Positions 49,835-59,498 of a stretch of 64,000 nucleotides of DNA are shown piece by piece (position 1 is the first letter of the stretch; every line of letters starts with the position of its first letter). The position numbers and the translations under genes are program-made. The notes beneath the pieces were generated by a model. That model was not told the DNA's origin, did no database searches, and saw only the letters and a program-made list of their open reading frames with translations. This DNA is from a virus. The stretch is from IMG/VR virus record IMGVR_UViG_3300025592_000986. One strand, given 5' to 3'.

Positions 49835-51172
49835 TTACTTCGTACACCATTCCATCAAAAGTTTATTGAGGCGCGTTTGCTTTGTTTCGTAAAGTTTGGA
49901 AGTAGCTTTGATATCAGCAAACTTGTTCTCATACTCCTCCTTGACTCCGCCTTCTTCAACCTCTTCGTCCTCTAAAGGCCCACCAAGGACTGGATTTTCA
50001 CCTGACATCATTGCGTATTCATCTTCAATGGATGGAGCACCAGTACTAAGGCGGTCACGTCTTTCCTTATCGTCACGTTCTTTCTTTTTTGCTGCTGGTG
50101 TTTCAAATTTGGAGCCTGCAAACTTCTCATCAAGTTCTTTTTCCGGCTCTGCGCCTCCGTCACCAAGCATTCCGCGAACTTTTTCCATTGCCATATTGAT
50201 GTATCTAGTGACGCTGCCTTGTGCAAGATTACCTTGCTGAGCAGCCTGTAAAAGTAGTTGGCTGATTTGTTGAACTAGTGCTCTCTCTTGTGCAGTAACT
50301 CCACCCGCTGCGCCCGTTTTCGCTTGTTCTATGCCACCTTTTTTAAAGTCTGTCGTAGAAGCTCTCGCTTTCATATCAAGTTCTTGCTCGCTTACGTTTC
50401 CGTCGTCGTCAAAGTCGTAGCTGTAAACAGGGCTGAATCCTTTCTTACCACTAGGCATTGTGCCACCAACATCGGTTGGTTTTGGTTCTGGCTTCTTGAA
50501 AGGTTTACGTAGGTTGGCTTGACCGGTCATTGACTTGTCGGTCCTTGGACCATCGTATTTCGTCTCCGGTAGGCTTTTATCTTCCGTTTCATTGCCGCCA
50601 AGACAATGACCTTCGCTCTTTTCGCGATCATCCTTTCCAGGCTTCTTATCTGCCCAATCAGGTACGCCATCACCATCTTGGTCTGGCTTTTTTTCCTCTT
50701 GTTGCATTTTTTTGGCGATTGCCTCTTTGACCATAGTTCTTACAGTTTCTTTTAATCTAGATGTGTTCATTTTCTTGTTCTCCTTAATTTTTTTGTTATC
50801 TTCCCAGTCCCTGAAAAGTATATTTCCAAGTAAGTAGGCTTCTTTTTCCATATTTCTTAGGTGTGGATCTTTTTGTGCGTAACCATCGCCTGTTTCCGTT
50901 GGCCTATTAAAATCGCCGCGAGTGTTTTGAAGATGGTGCACCAATTCGTGCGCAACTGACCGAAGAACATCTTTGGTGTGCCGTCCTGAGATATAGACTA
51001 CCACTTTGGATTCTTCTGGTGAATAGTGTGCGGTTTTTCCGAGCGGATTTACAGAATTTTCTTCATCTTCTTGAAAATACAATTCTGGTTTAGACTCGTA
51101 ACCGAGTTCTTTTTGACAGTACGACATCAGGTCGTCAGCCAGTGGTTGGAGGTTTTCTTTCAAAATCTTCAT
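49835..51172 (-). CDS. HExxH metallopeptidase-like domain plus low-complexity tail with DxDxDG motifs
   Basis: SVAHELVH...EKEAY; DQDGDGVPD; DFDDDGNVS. Confidence 0.65.
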   Translation of the reverse strand: MKILKENLQPLADDLMSYCQKELGYESKPELYFQEDEENSVNPLGKTAHYSPEESKVVVYISGRHTKDVLRSVAHELVHHLQNTRGDFNRPTETGDGYAQKDPHLRNMEKEAYLLGNILFRDWEDNKKIKENKKMNTSRLKETVRTMVKEAIAKKMQQEEKKPDQDGDGVPDWADKKPGKDDREKSEGHCLGGNETEDKSLPETKYDGPRTDKSMTGQANLRKPFKKPEPKPTDVGGTMPSGKKGFSPVYSYDFDDDGNVSEQELDMKARASTTDFKKGGIEQAKTGAAGGVTAQERALVQQISQLLLQAAQQGNLAQGSVTRYINMAMEKVRGMLGDGGAEPEKELDEKFAGSKFETPAAKKKERDDKERRDRLSTGAPSIEDEYAMMSGENPVLGGPLEDEEVEEGGVKEEYENKFADIKATSKLYETKQTRLNKLLMEWCTK

Positions 51173-51214
51173 AGTTTAAACCTAAAAAATACACAATTGT
51201 ATACATTAAATAGT

Positions 51215-52213
51215 TTAAATAGATGCTTTATCCCCTGAAAACATAATATCAACCTGTTTATGTTCTAAGGACTCTCTAATCCAACACTCTATATCTTCTC
51301 TGCTTTCAAATTCAAACAAATTTAAGCCGTCGTAAACCTTCCACTCTTGTACTTCATCGAGTATATCCATCTTATTTATTACTAGCTTGTTCACGCCGTT
51401 AATATCTATGGCCATCTTCATCAGATCAAAGTCTAACCAGTTGATTTGTCTAGGCCTGCCAGTTGTGGCACCATACTCGTCACCAACTTCTCTTATGAGT
51501 TCGAAAACTTCACCTTTGCCGTGAAAGTCTTTTGCCCCGACGTAAGTTTCGTAAATCTTGGCAACACCCCAAACATCTCTAATTGCTCTGGGCGGTACGC
51601 CGTTTAAGATTGCCCCACCCACAGTGCAATGCGAAGAAGTAACATAAGGGTAGTCACCCCAATCAACATCGAGGCCAAATCCTTGGGCACCTTCAAAAAG
51701 TATCTCAATATTGTCAAATTCCTCATTGTTGTGAAGCTCCGTGTACATATCAATGACGTATGGGGCTAGTTCTGGGCACTCTATGGCTCTGACGCCCTTT
51801 CTTGCATACTTGTCTCTATAAGCAGGTCCGTTGCCCCTCTTCGTGGTTCCGATCTTGGAGTCCTTCTTATCTTCAGCAATGTGAAAGTCTGTTATGATGT
51901 GAGCATTCGAAGCAATCCTTAGATACTTTGATACTTCGATTCCGTGATCTTGTAGTTGTCGTACTTCTTTGAATAATTGATCGACGTTGACAACACAGCC
52001 AGGTCCTATGACAGACCTGACTCCAAAAAAGACACCACAGGGGATATGGTGTGTTACAAACTTAACACCTTCGTGAAATATGGTATGCCCAGCGTTACAT
52101 CCCCCATTATATCTTATAATGTGAGTATAGTTCCCTTCTCTACATAGATGATGTGCCACTTTGCCTTTGCCACAATCACCATATTGTAAGTCTACTACGA
52201 CATCAGCTATCAT
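51215..52213 (-). CDS. purA: Adenylosuccinate synthetase (short form)
   Basis: QYGDCGKGK, GGCNAGHT, EGAQG, YPYVTSS, ATTGRPR, NKMD. Confidence 0.95.
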   Translation of the reverse strand: MIADVVVDLQYGDCGKGKVAHHLCREGNYTHIIRYNGGCNAGHTIFHEGVKFVTHHIPCGVFFGVRSVIGPGCVVNVDQLFKEVRQLQDHGIEVSKYLRIASNAHIITDFHIAEDKKDSKIGTTKRGNGPAYRDKYARKGVRAIECPELAPYVIDMYTELHNNEEFDNIEILFEGAQGFGLDVDWGDYPYVTSSHCTVGGAILNGVPPRAIRDVWGVAKIYETYVGAKDFHGKGEVFELIREVGDEYGATTGRPRQINWLDFDLMKMAIDINGVNKLVINKMDILDEVQEWKVYDGLNLFEFESREDIECWIRESLEHKQVDIMFSGDKASI

Positions 52214-52236
52214 ATTATCCCCTTTGTTATGAGAAC

Positions 52237-52245
52237 ATTATAACA
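52237..52245 (-). promoter_or_regulatory. Extended -10 promoter upstream of purA
   Basis: TGTTATAAT on the minus strand, followed by an AGGGGA SD. Confidence 0.5.
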
Positions 52246-52252
52246 TACTAAT

Positions 52253-52447
52253 CTATTTTTTGATATGTTTCTTGATTGGCCTTCCTGGGTTCTTGGCCAT
52301 ATATTGGATGATTTCTTGGAGGTTATCGATTCTTTTACTTATTTTTCTTACTATAAATGTCACTATTCCCATCCAAGCCGCAGACGACAGTATAAAGGTC
52401 AATATTATGTAAAAAAGCGTCATAATCACTCGCCTTCCGTCTCCCAA
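52253..52447 (-). CDS. Small membrane protein
   Basis: Single hydrophobic helix with a basic tail. Confidence 0.55.
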   Translation of the reverse strand: MGDGRRVIMTLFYIILTFILSSAAWMGIVTFIVRKISKRIDNLQEIIQYMAKNPGRPIKKHIKK

Positions 52448-54855
52448 GGTGCGGGAAGGTCAGGATTAAGTAAATCTTCTGTTGACACTTGATCGTATTT
52501 CATATACTCATCCTCATCTTCGCCAGCTTTTGAATACTCTTCACTTAAATCTTTTTCATTCAAATACTCTTCTATCTCGGAGACAATTGAAGTCTTTTGC
52601 GCAATATCTGTGCCAAGATAAGAATTTATTGCAAAATCTAGCGATTCACTTAAACTTGCCGACTGTGGTTCAGGGTAATCTTCTGGAATATACCCTTTAC
52701 TAATCAAATTATAGTGTATCTGTTTCAAAGCATTCAACAATTGCCCGTCAGAAGCTTCGCCCCTTGCCCAAATCATAACCATTTCATAATGATTCAATAA
52801 AGCATCTGCCGGCTCTGACTCTTTGTGCTTTTCTGCAATTCTTAGTAGATCTTTGGTAACATCTTGTAAGCTATCGAGTCTTTCTACTTTCTTTTTTTCA
52901 ATTTCCTTTTCAACTGGCAATATATACCCTTGAATTGTTGCGACTGCTATCTTTACAATTGACTCATACTGTTTATCTATAAATGTAATCACATCTTTTA
53001 TCAAAGCCAGGCTTTCTTCTGTTATCGAAAGGTCATCTATTACGATTGCTATCTCCCCGTTTAAATCTTTGACTTTTTGAGTCAATAAATTAAATTGGAG
53101 TGTTTCGGGTATCGTCAATTCTTTAATCTCGGCCTGTGGTATACCAGGTAAAGGCAATTGTTGCTTTAAAGCTTTGATAATCTCTGCGTTTAACTTAGAA
53201 AGATTATTTTGAAGCAGTGAATCCAATTCAGGGTCATACGCGCCTCCCATTCTCCTGTCAAAATTGAAAGCTCCTGCGCCCCCTCGCATATACCTTCCAC
53301 TTTTCCAGTTTTCAATATTTACTTGCGGGATCGGGAAAGGTGGAGATTCAAACCGGAGTTCATCGTCTTCATCAAACTCTTTCTCACTTGACATAGTAAA
53401 GAATCTCAGGCCTTCGTTGAAAGCATCTGCATTTATTGCTGCAGCGCGTATAGCAGATGGCTTAATATAGCCTTCTTTCGCAAGCACCTTTCTAACGATC
53501 CTTTCAACTCCCTCTTTTTCATCCATATCAGACAACTCTTCTAGGAAAGACTCGTACCCATCGGGATTAGGTTCATAGGCCTCTGTGCTTACATCAAGTC
53601 TGATAGAAGTTTTATCATTATAGCTACTAAAGCCTACATCATCAAAGTAAAGAGAGGCTTGATTATCTAGCGCCTCCTTTATCTCTTCTGCTAAAGCGCC
53701 CTTCCCTTGCCAATCGTCTGGTAGTTCTCTTATGAACTCACTATCCCGTATTTCTACTTCCGTTCCACCAGAAAAGTACATATAATCATCATCCACGTCG
53801 GCGTTATAGAAGTAGTTTTTAATTCTATCTGCGTATTCCTCTTCTAGAGCTTCGATCTTTTCTTCGTATCCTGGTGTTGGAGGGTCACTTAGTATTGATT
53901 GGTACATTTCGTCTGTGATGGTTTCTATAATTCTTTCGATTTGGTTGTCCTCTTCATCGTCCAACTCCCAGAATTCTCTGCTGCCGTCGCCGGCTACGCC
54001 ACCAGTGCCGGGCAAGAACTCAAGATTTCTAGCAATCAGCTTTTTAAAATCATCTATGTCCCCATATTCTTCATCCACGGCATCGAAAAATGATGAAAAG
54101 TCTCCTTCACGGTCATAAACTAACGCTATCTTTCCATATTTATTGCCGTCTTCTTGTTTCAAGACATTTTTAAGATGGACCATCGCGAAAGACATTCCGT
54201 CCGCCGTATATTCGTTGAAGTAATTTTTGCACTCAGTTGCGGATATGCACCATCTGGTCGCCATACCATAGTATATTGAGGCAAATTCAGTAAGGGGGCG
54301 GCGAGCTATGATACCGTCATCGTCATAAATACCTTCAGATTCTTCTCGTGCTTTTGTTTTTCTTTTGTTTTTTTCTTGTTTTTTTTCTTCTGAACTGGAC
54401 TCTTTTGATTCAACAGCATCTTTCAAGCTTTCAAAATCATATTTGTTGACGTCTTTTTCTTCTAATGCCGATTGAAACCTTTCAAATTTCTTCATAACAT
54501 TCACCATACTGTCTATTAACGCTGGGATGGGCGACCCCTCCGAGCGCAGGGCATTTTGAAAATGCTGAATACGATGTGTGTCAGCTTTTATCTTAGCTTC
54601 TATTTGATATCTTTTTTCAATCTCTTTCATTACAAACTGTAGGTATTTTGAAGGTGCCTTGTCATCTATAATAGTTTCTAGTTTGTCTCTAGCCAGGCCA
54701 AGCCAACCAAGTTTTGTAATGTTTGGGTATTTTGCTTTGATATCTTTGATTCTTGCTTCAAGAAGCAGCCCATCGAAATATTCTACGACTTTTTGTTCGT
54801 GCTCATCAACTTCGATGGTATGGGGGTTGGGGTTTCGATATATATTCCAGACCAT
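52426..54855 (-). CDS. Large acidic hypothetical protein (809 aa)
   Basis: Long ORF; LLLE near the N-terminus; ASIYYGMATRWCIS motif. Confidence 0.7.
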   Translation of the reverse strand: MVWNIYRNPNPHTIEVDEHEQKVVEYFDGLLLEARIKDIKAKYPNITKLGWLGLARDKLETIIDDKAPSKYLQFVMKEIEKRYQIEAKIKADTHRIQHFQNALRSEGSPIPALIDSMVNVMKKFERFQSALEEKDVNKYDFESLKDAVESKESSSEEKKQEKNKRKTKAREESEGIYDDDGIIARRPLTEFASIYYGMATRWCISATECKNYFNEYTADGMSFAMVHLKNVLKQEDGNKYGKIALVYDREGDFSSFFDAVDEEYGDIDDFKKLIARNLEFLPGTGGVAGDGSREFWELDDEEDNQIERIIETITDEMYQSILSDPPTPGYEEKIEALEEEYADRIKNYFYNADVDDDYMYFSGGTEVEIRDSEFIRELPDDWQGKGALAEEIKEALDNQASLYFDDVGFSSYNDKTSIRLDVSTEAYEPNPDGYESFLEELSDMDEKEGVERIVRKVLAKEGYIKPSAIRAAAINADAFNEGLRFFTMSSEKEFDEDDELRFESPPFPIPQVNIENWKSGRYMRGGAGAFNFDRRMGGAYDPELDSLLQNNLSKLNAEIIKALKQQLPLPGIPQAEIKELTIPETLQFNLLTQKVKDLNGEIAIVIDDLSITEESLALIKDVITFIDKQYESIVKIAVATIQGYILPVEKEIEKKKVERLDSLQDVTKDLLRIAEKHKESEPADALLNHYEMVMIWARGEASDGQLLNALKQIHYNLISKGYIPEDYPEPQSASLSESLDFAINSYLGTDIAQKTSIVSEIEEYLNEKDLSEEYSKAGEDEDEYMKYDQVSTEDLLNPDLPAPWETEGE

Positions 54856-54858
54856 TTT

Positions 54859-55869
54859 CTACTTCCTTGTAAATACGGCTTTTCCGCCCTGCATTTTAAA
54901 ATTAACTTCTCCGCCGAGCGCTTTCTCAGCTTTTGCTTTTAAGTCTGCAACTCGTTCTTGCTGTGCTCTAAGTCTGGAACTCACGCCATTAATTTTTTTA
55001 AAGCCAGTTTTAGATACAGCAGACTTTCCATCTTTTGAGACTACCAGTTCTGACTTGGCCGACTTTGCTTTCTGCGCGGCGATGTCGTCAATTTTATCTG
55101 AGATAATATCAGCGGCTGAATTTATGGACATGTTGTTTGTAGTTTTTTGGTCGTCACCAACTTTATCTGCGATTTTGATGACCGTGTTTGTGACCATATT
55201 TACAATATCTTTATCACCTTTTGTACTTGTGCCAACAGTCTTTGTTAGATTTGAAACTGCATTTGCAAGTTTTAGAACCCCGGCGTCACTGTCGGATACT
55301 TTAACGTCTATAGTATTTGGATCTTTAAACCCTAGCTTGTTCATTTTTTTATTCATAACTTGGGTGATTTGCGCTGCAGCCTGACTAGGAGATATTTCAG
55401 CTTGTGCTGTAGACGGGACAGCACCTGCTGCAGCCATCATACCCAATCCTGCCATACCCATTTTGGCTTTTGATCCAATGTTTTTCGCAAAATCCATCAA
55501 ACCCTCGTCAATCAAGCCTTGGTCGATCATTCTTTGTATTTCTTCGTAGACTAATTGGGAAATCTGTTCTTCTAGGCCCTCAAACTTTCTAATCAAAAGG
55601 TCTTCTGCTTCATCGTACCCGTTTGCAAAGACTTCACCGTCTAGCATAAACTGATCGCCTGCACCATTGTAGGAAAGCACTTCACCAGTTGGTAATGTAA
55701 CTGGCCCTTCTCTGGCTGCTTTATCAAGCATCGCAGTTATCTCATCACTCGTTTGTGTGAAGCCTTCAGGTTCGTTGTAACCAGGATCAGAGAAACTGGG
55801 GTCATCGGTTGGTCCCCTGAAGCTTTGCTCATTTTTAAAGCTACGCCAATTTTCTATTATAAGTTTCAT
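54859..55869 (-). CDS. Leader-tagged protein with an internal signal-peptide-like segment
   Basis: MKLIIENWRSFKNE; residues 123-157 look like a Sec signal ending in AQA. Confidence 0.7.
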   Translation of the reverse strand: MKLIIENWRSFKNEQSFRGPTDDPSFSDPGYNEPEGFTQTSDEITAMLDKAAREGPVTLPTGEVLSYNGAGDQFMLDGEVFANGYDEAEDLLIRKFEGLEEQISQLVYEEIQRMIDQGLIDEGLMDFAKNIGSKAKMGMAGLGMMAAAGAVPSTAQAEISPSQAAAQITQVMNKKMNKLGFKDPNTIDVKVSDSDAGVLKLANAVSNLTKTVGTSTKGDKDIVNMVTNTVIKIADKVGDDQKTTNNMSINSAADIISDKIDDIAAQKAKSAKSELVVSKDGKSAVSKTGFKKINGVSSRLRAQQERVADLKAKAEKALGGEVNFKMQGGKAVFTRK

Positions 55870-56198
55870 TTGTATATCCTCGCATATCCTTCTTCTATAA
55901 GTAGATTGTTTATATTAACTTCGTCGATGAAAATTTCACCTAAACATCGTCCGTATTTACCAACACCGTGAGATTTTAGCGTAAACTTGCCCTCTGACCC
56001 CTCTAGAAGCTCTTCTAAGCGACGTTTAGCCTCAAGCCCAGCCTCTTTCTCAGATAAGTCTCTAGTTCGCGTCTCAGGGGCGTCAATTCCCAAAAATCTT
56101 ATTCTTTTTTTCACAAAAGTGCTGAAACCCAAGTCGATTTCTGCATCAATCGTGTCTCCATCGATAATTTTTATTAAATTTGCTGCGTAGATGAACAT
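55866..56198 (-). CDS. Thermonuclease (SNase-like)
   Basis: IIDGDTI, IRFLGIDAPE, KYGRCLG. Confidence 0.9.
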   Translation of the reverse strand: MFIYAANLIKIIDGDTIDAEIDLGFSTFVKKRIRFLGIDAPETRTRDLSEKEAGLEAKRRLEELLEGSEGKFTLKSHGVGKYGRCLGEIFIDEVNINNLLIEEGYARIYK

Positions 56199-57013
56199 TA
56201 TTGTCTATTTTTGGCGAATTTCCACCACTCCTCTTGTATTTTCACAGTTACAGGTTCAGATTTACTAAACGACATCTTCCTGTCGTAAGCAAGGTGCTTC
56301 AAATTTGATAATTTTTCTAAAATTCCAGAATTTCTTAGAATTTTGAAGGCCAGATTCTCTGTTGAATAGATTCCACCATCGGAAAGTCCAGAAGAGCGCA
56401 TATGTCTTATCTTTCCTCTGATTTTTTCTGCTGCATCAAAGGCTTGGCTGTATTTTTTGTCATCAATATGGTCCTCAACACACTCAACTTCTTTTGCGAG
56501 TGCTTCAGCTTTGATAGTCGCGTTGTTGAGGTCTAATTTTTGCTCGGTTTTGGTCGGGGTGGTCAACCATTTATTTTTCAGTATGGAATAAACTCCATTT
56601 GCATAGTGTTCTTCATTGATATCTTGAAAATACATCTCAACTTCGTGGCCATATATAAAGATATCGTGTCTTTCGTTCCATTGTGCTCTTTTCAAATCTA
56701 GAAAATCTTTAACTAAGGCTTTATCTGAAACAAATTCTGAAAAGTCTAACAATATATGCAAGTCGACGTCCGATTTGGTGTGCCAGTTGTAGCTGGCCAA
56801 AGACCCGGTGAAGGTGACGTCTTTGACTTTGCTGCCCAACTCTAGGGAATCTATGAAATCCTTGGCGATATTCAACAATCTTTGCCTTATTTTTTCTTCT
56901 AGTTCGTTGTTGACCCAAAAGTTTTCTTGTAACTCATCGTTTATGCGTATGCCCGAGGTATCAAGCTCTGCCTCTTCAAGGAAATCTTTCCAGTTTTTAT
57001 TAAAATTCATCAT
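56198..57013 (-). CDS. Pol-beta superfamily nucleotidyltransferase with variant leader
   Basis: TGSLASYNW...SDVDLHI (GS...DxD); NKNWKDFLEE N-terminus. Confidence 0.8.
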   Translation of the reverse strand: MMNFNKNWKDFLEEAELDTSGIRINDELQENFWVNNELEEKIRQRLLNIAKDFIDSLELGSKVKDVTFTGSLASYNWHTKSDVDLHILLDFSEFVSDKALVKDFLDLKRAQWNERHDIFIYGHEVEMYFQDINEEHYANGVYSILKNKWLTTPTKTEQKLDLNNATIKAEALAKEVECVEDHIDDKKYSQAFDAAEKIRGKIRHMRSSGLSDGGIYSTENLAFKILRNSGILEKLSNLKHLAYDRKMSFSKSEPVTVKIQEEWWKFAKNRQ

Positions 57014-57425
57014 TTTTTACTACTTCCAGTGCAACTTTTTCAAATTTGTTGGGATTTTTAACGCTCTCAACATCTCTAAATAGGTATTCGGTGTGTTCAT
57101 CACTTAAGATTATGTCCCCATCGATGTATCTTGATGTATAAAAGATGATATTTTCTATTTCTACCACCTTTATTGGTAAACCTAGGCTTAGTGCGGTCTC
57201 TTCACGAACTTCTCTTCTTAAACCTACAATCAGACCTTCTCCAACGTGGGTGTGTCCGCCTGGAAGGTCCCACTCGCCAGCAAACTTTTCCACATAATCG
57301 CTTCTTCTTAGGAATAATACTTTGTTCTGGGAGTTTACAATGATCGCTTTTACTACCTGTTTAGAGTCCTGCTTCTTTTTCTGCTCTAACAAGGAATTCC
57401 AACTCTTCAATATCTCTTTCATCAT
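57000..57425 (-). CDS. Nudix hydrolase with variant leader
   Basis: WDLPGGH...GE...GLRREVREET Nudix box; MKEILKSWNSLLE. Confidence 0.9.
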   Translation of the reverse strand: MMKEILKSWNSLLEQKKKQDSKQVVKAIIVNSQNKVLFLRRSDYVEKFAGEWDLPGGHTHVGEGLIVGLRREVREETALSLGLPIKVVEIENIIFYTSRYIDGDIILSDEHTEYLFRDVESVKNPNKFEKVALEVVKNDEF

Positions 57426-57489
57426 AATAAATAGTTTGCGAAACGGCCAAAAGGAGTGGCTTTTTTGTTGACTGGGGGGTATTTATTGT
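57426..57489. promoter_or_regulatory. Divergent pair of putative late promoters
   Basis: ACTATTTATT-ATG on minus (57435-57426) and GTATTTATTGT-ATG on plus (57479-57489). Confidence 0.6.
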
Positions 57490-57897
57490 ATGAAATTAAT
57501 AATGGAAAATTGGCGCGGGTTTTTAAAAGAATACGCACCCATCAAAGATCGTCCGGCGATCAGTGTATACCCTGAGCCGGGTATGCTATTCAACTCAGTA
57601 TCTGGTGAACCAACACAACACTTTTACGACCTGTTAAAATCTATAAATGACAACAAGTCTTTAATGATGTCAGAAGACGACCCCTACGTGGACAATTGGC
57701 TTGAAAGTGTTAAGGCTAAAACCGAAGAGGCCTTGAATTCATTAAAAGACACCAGTCCACAAATGAGTGAGAGGGAAGTTGCCAAACTCAGACAAATAGA
57801 AAAAGCTGCAGCAGAAGTGCAACAAATCATTCGAGCTAGGAATGTGTCTGATCCGAGCGTCCCCACGCTACAGGATTTCGGACCATCTCAGGGTTGA
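57490..57897 (+). CDS. Leader-tagged hypothetical protein on the opposite strand
   Basis: MKLIMENWRGFLKE; GTATTTATTGT directly before the ATG. Confidence 0.8.
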   Translation: MKLIMENWRGFLKEYAPIKDRPAISVYPEPGMLFNSVSGEPTQHFYDLLKSINDNKSLMMSEDDPYVDNWLESVKAKTEEALNSLKDTSPQMSEREVAKLRQIEKAAAEVQQIIRARNVSDPSVPTLQDFGPSQG

Positions 57898-58043
57898 AAG
57901 ACTTATATTTCTTTTTGGGCTTCTTGTTTTATATTTTATTCTTATTATTCGCGATACCCACAATTCCAAAAGAAAAATGCAAGAACATAGGGCATCAAAG
58001 GTACATGTACTTTTGCGTTAAATATTGCAAAGATAGCAAATAA
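57894..58043 (+). CDS. Small membrane protein (49 aa)
   Basis: TTGA-coupled to the upstream gene; MKDLYFFLGFLFYILFLLFAIPTIPKEKC... Confidence 0.4.
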   Translation: MKDLYFFLGFLFYILFLLFAIPTIPKEKCKNIGHQRYMYFCVKYCKDSK

Positions 58044-58044
58044 G

Positions 58045-58458
58045 TTATAATCTTATTAGGTGTGTGATTATTTGACCAACTCCCTCAAATCTTAAATCAC
58101 CCTTTCCTTCTTCTACTACAACCATGGTTGGTGTTTGAGATATTCCCATCATTCCCGATATTTGCCTAACCCACAGATCGTTCGTGTTAATCACCATAAC
58201 CTTATGCATCAGTTTCTTTTCTTTCAGGTAATGCATCAACTTAATACAGGGTTGGCAACCTGGATTGGAGAATATAACTCTGTGAGGTCTTGTTACGTCA
58301 AGTAAGGCGCGATTAATAAAACTCTCGTCCTTGTAAAACCCACCAGATCTTAAAACATTTTGACCTTCGTAATCTACAGAAATCTCCGATCTTCTTATAT
58401 TTTCTGTAGAAGAACACGATAAAAACAAAACTAATGAAGCAATAATGAAAACTTTCAT
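58045..58458 (-). CDS. Thioredoxin/glutaredoxin-like lipoprotein
   Basis: FLSC lipobox, CQPC, cis-Pro QTPT. Confidence 0.75.
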   Translation of the reverse strand: MKVFIIASLVLFLSCSSTENIRRSEISVDYEGQNVLRSGGFYKDESFINRALLDVTRPHRVIFSNPGCQPCIKLMHYLKEKKLMHKVMVINTNDLWVRQISGMMGISQTPTMVVVEEGKGDLRFEGVGQIITHLIRL

Positions 58459-58613
58459 TTACTAGTCCTCCGATTTTTTACTTTTTTCTTCAAAACTTTA
58501 ACTTGAACTTCTAAGTCGTCAATTCTGGAAGTTAAGGAATAGTACGAGGAGCCAATGCCAATACTTAATGTGATTATTGTTATGAGGGTACCAATATTTA
58601 ACTTGACGTTCAT
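58455..58613 (-). CDS. Small membrane protein (52 aa)
   Basis: MNVKLNIGTLITIITLSIGIGSSYYSL...; ATGA overlap with the downstream gene. Confidence 0.55.
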   Translation of the reverse strand: MNVKLNIGTLITIITLSIGIGSSYYSLTSRIDDLEVQVKVLKKKVKNRRTSK

Positions 58614-58635
58614 ACAGGTATGTATCACTGAAGAA

Positions 58636-59196
58636 TTAGTTAAGGTAGGTTTTTATGTTCTTGATTTCTGTAAAGTGGTTAAAACATAGGGGTTGGTATG
58701 ATTCCTTGCCACCGAGCTGGACTTCTCCACTACCCTTGGCCAATCTTCTTGTGTAATACGCATCTTTTTCACACTTGGCACACACGGCAGGGCAAATTTC
58801 AATCTTTGTAGCGAACGGCATAATCTTTGAAACCTCGGACAGGCTGTATGGATGAGACGTTAGTTGCAGGGTTGAGACCAATATTGTCTTGCCGAAAGAA
58901 AAAAGTTCCAAGAGAGCATCGGCCGAGTGTGGTATCATAAACATTTCATCAACAGCTATTATATCGAAGTCAAACGATTTGGCGGCGATTTGTGCTCCAT
59001 CCACTACAGAAAACGACTGTACCTTCTGACCTTTGTGCGTAGACACAGAACCTGTCGAATACCTCTGATCTATACTGGGCTTGAATAATATAGTTTTTTT
59101 GTTTTGGTATTGGTACCGTTCAAGATCTGCAAGAAGTCTGGTAGTCTTCCCGCCGAACATAGGACCGGTGTATATTTTAAATTCTGGTACGTTCAC
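58636..59196 (-). CDS. tdk: Thymidine kinase
   Basis: GPMFGGKTT, KPSIDQRY, VDE, CAKC...YQPLC. Confidence 0.92.
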   Translation of the reverse strand: MNVPEFKIYTGPMFGGKTTRLLADLERYQYQNKKTILFKPSIDQRYSTGSVSTHKGQKVQSFSVVDGAQIAAKSFDFDIIAVDEMFMIPHSADALLELFSFGKTILVSTLQLTSHPYSLSEVSKIMPFATKIEICPAVCAKCEKDAYYTRRLAKGSGEVQLGGKESYQPLCFNHFTEIKNIKTYLN

Positions 59197-59498
59197 TAGT
59201 AAGATTCCCTGATGAGAGCGCCGTTACTCCAGCCTTGTACGTAGGGTCCGTCTTCTGACGAAAGTTTCTTATGAACATCGATCACATCGTTAATAGATAA
59301 AAGGGACAGTACTAAAACCTTGCTTGAGTACATATATAATTCATCTAATGATATTTCATTTTTCTTCAAAAATTCCAAGTGATTGTTTGGATCATATATT
59401 ACGATTACGTGATCGATGCTGTGGAAATCTCCTATCCACTTTTCCATTATCTCTGCATACGACACTGCATATGATGTGTGAAAGTGAAACGGCTTCAT
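59196..59498 (-). CDS. Hypothetical protein
   Basis: 100-aa ORF coupled to both neighbours. Confidence 0.6.
   Translation of the reverse strand: MKPFHFHTSYAVSYAEIMEKWIGDFHSIDHVIVIYDPNNHLEFLKKNEISLDELYMYSSKVLVLSLLSINDVIDVHKKLSSEDGPYVQGWSNGALIRESY

Noticed and set aside
51215-52213. PurZ (2-aminoadenine DNA pathway)
   Set aside because: It retains the PurA catalytic Asp (GDCGKG), the TTGR Arg and a GTP-type NKMD motif; PurZ has Ser at the Asp position.
56198-57013. CBASS cyclase operon
   Set aside because: Only the generic GS...DxD motif is visible; no recognisable Cap effector or ancillary genes nearby.
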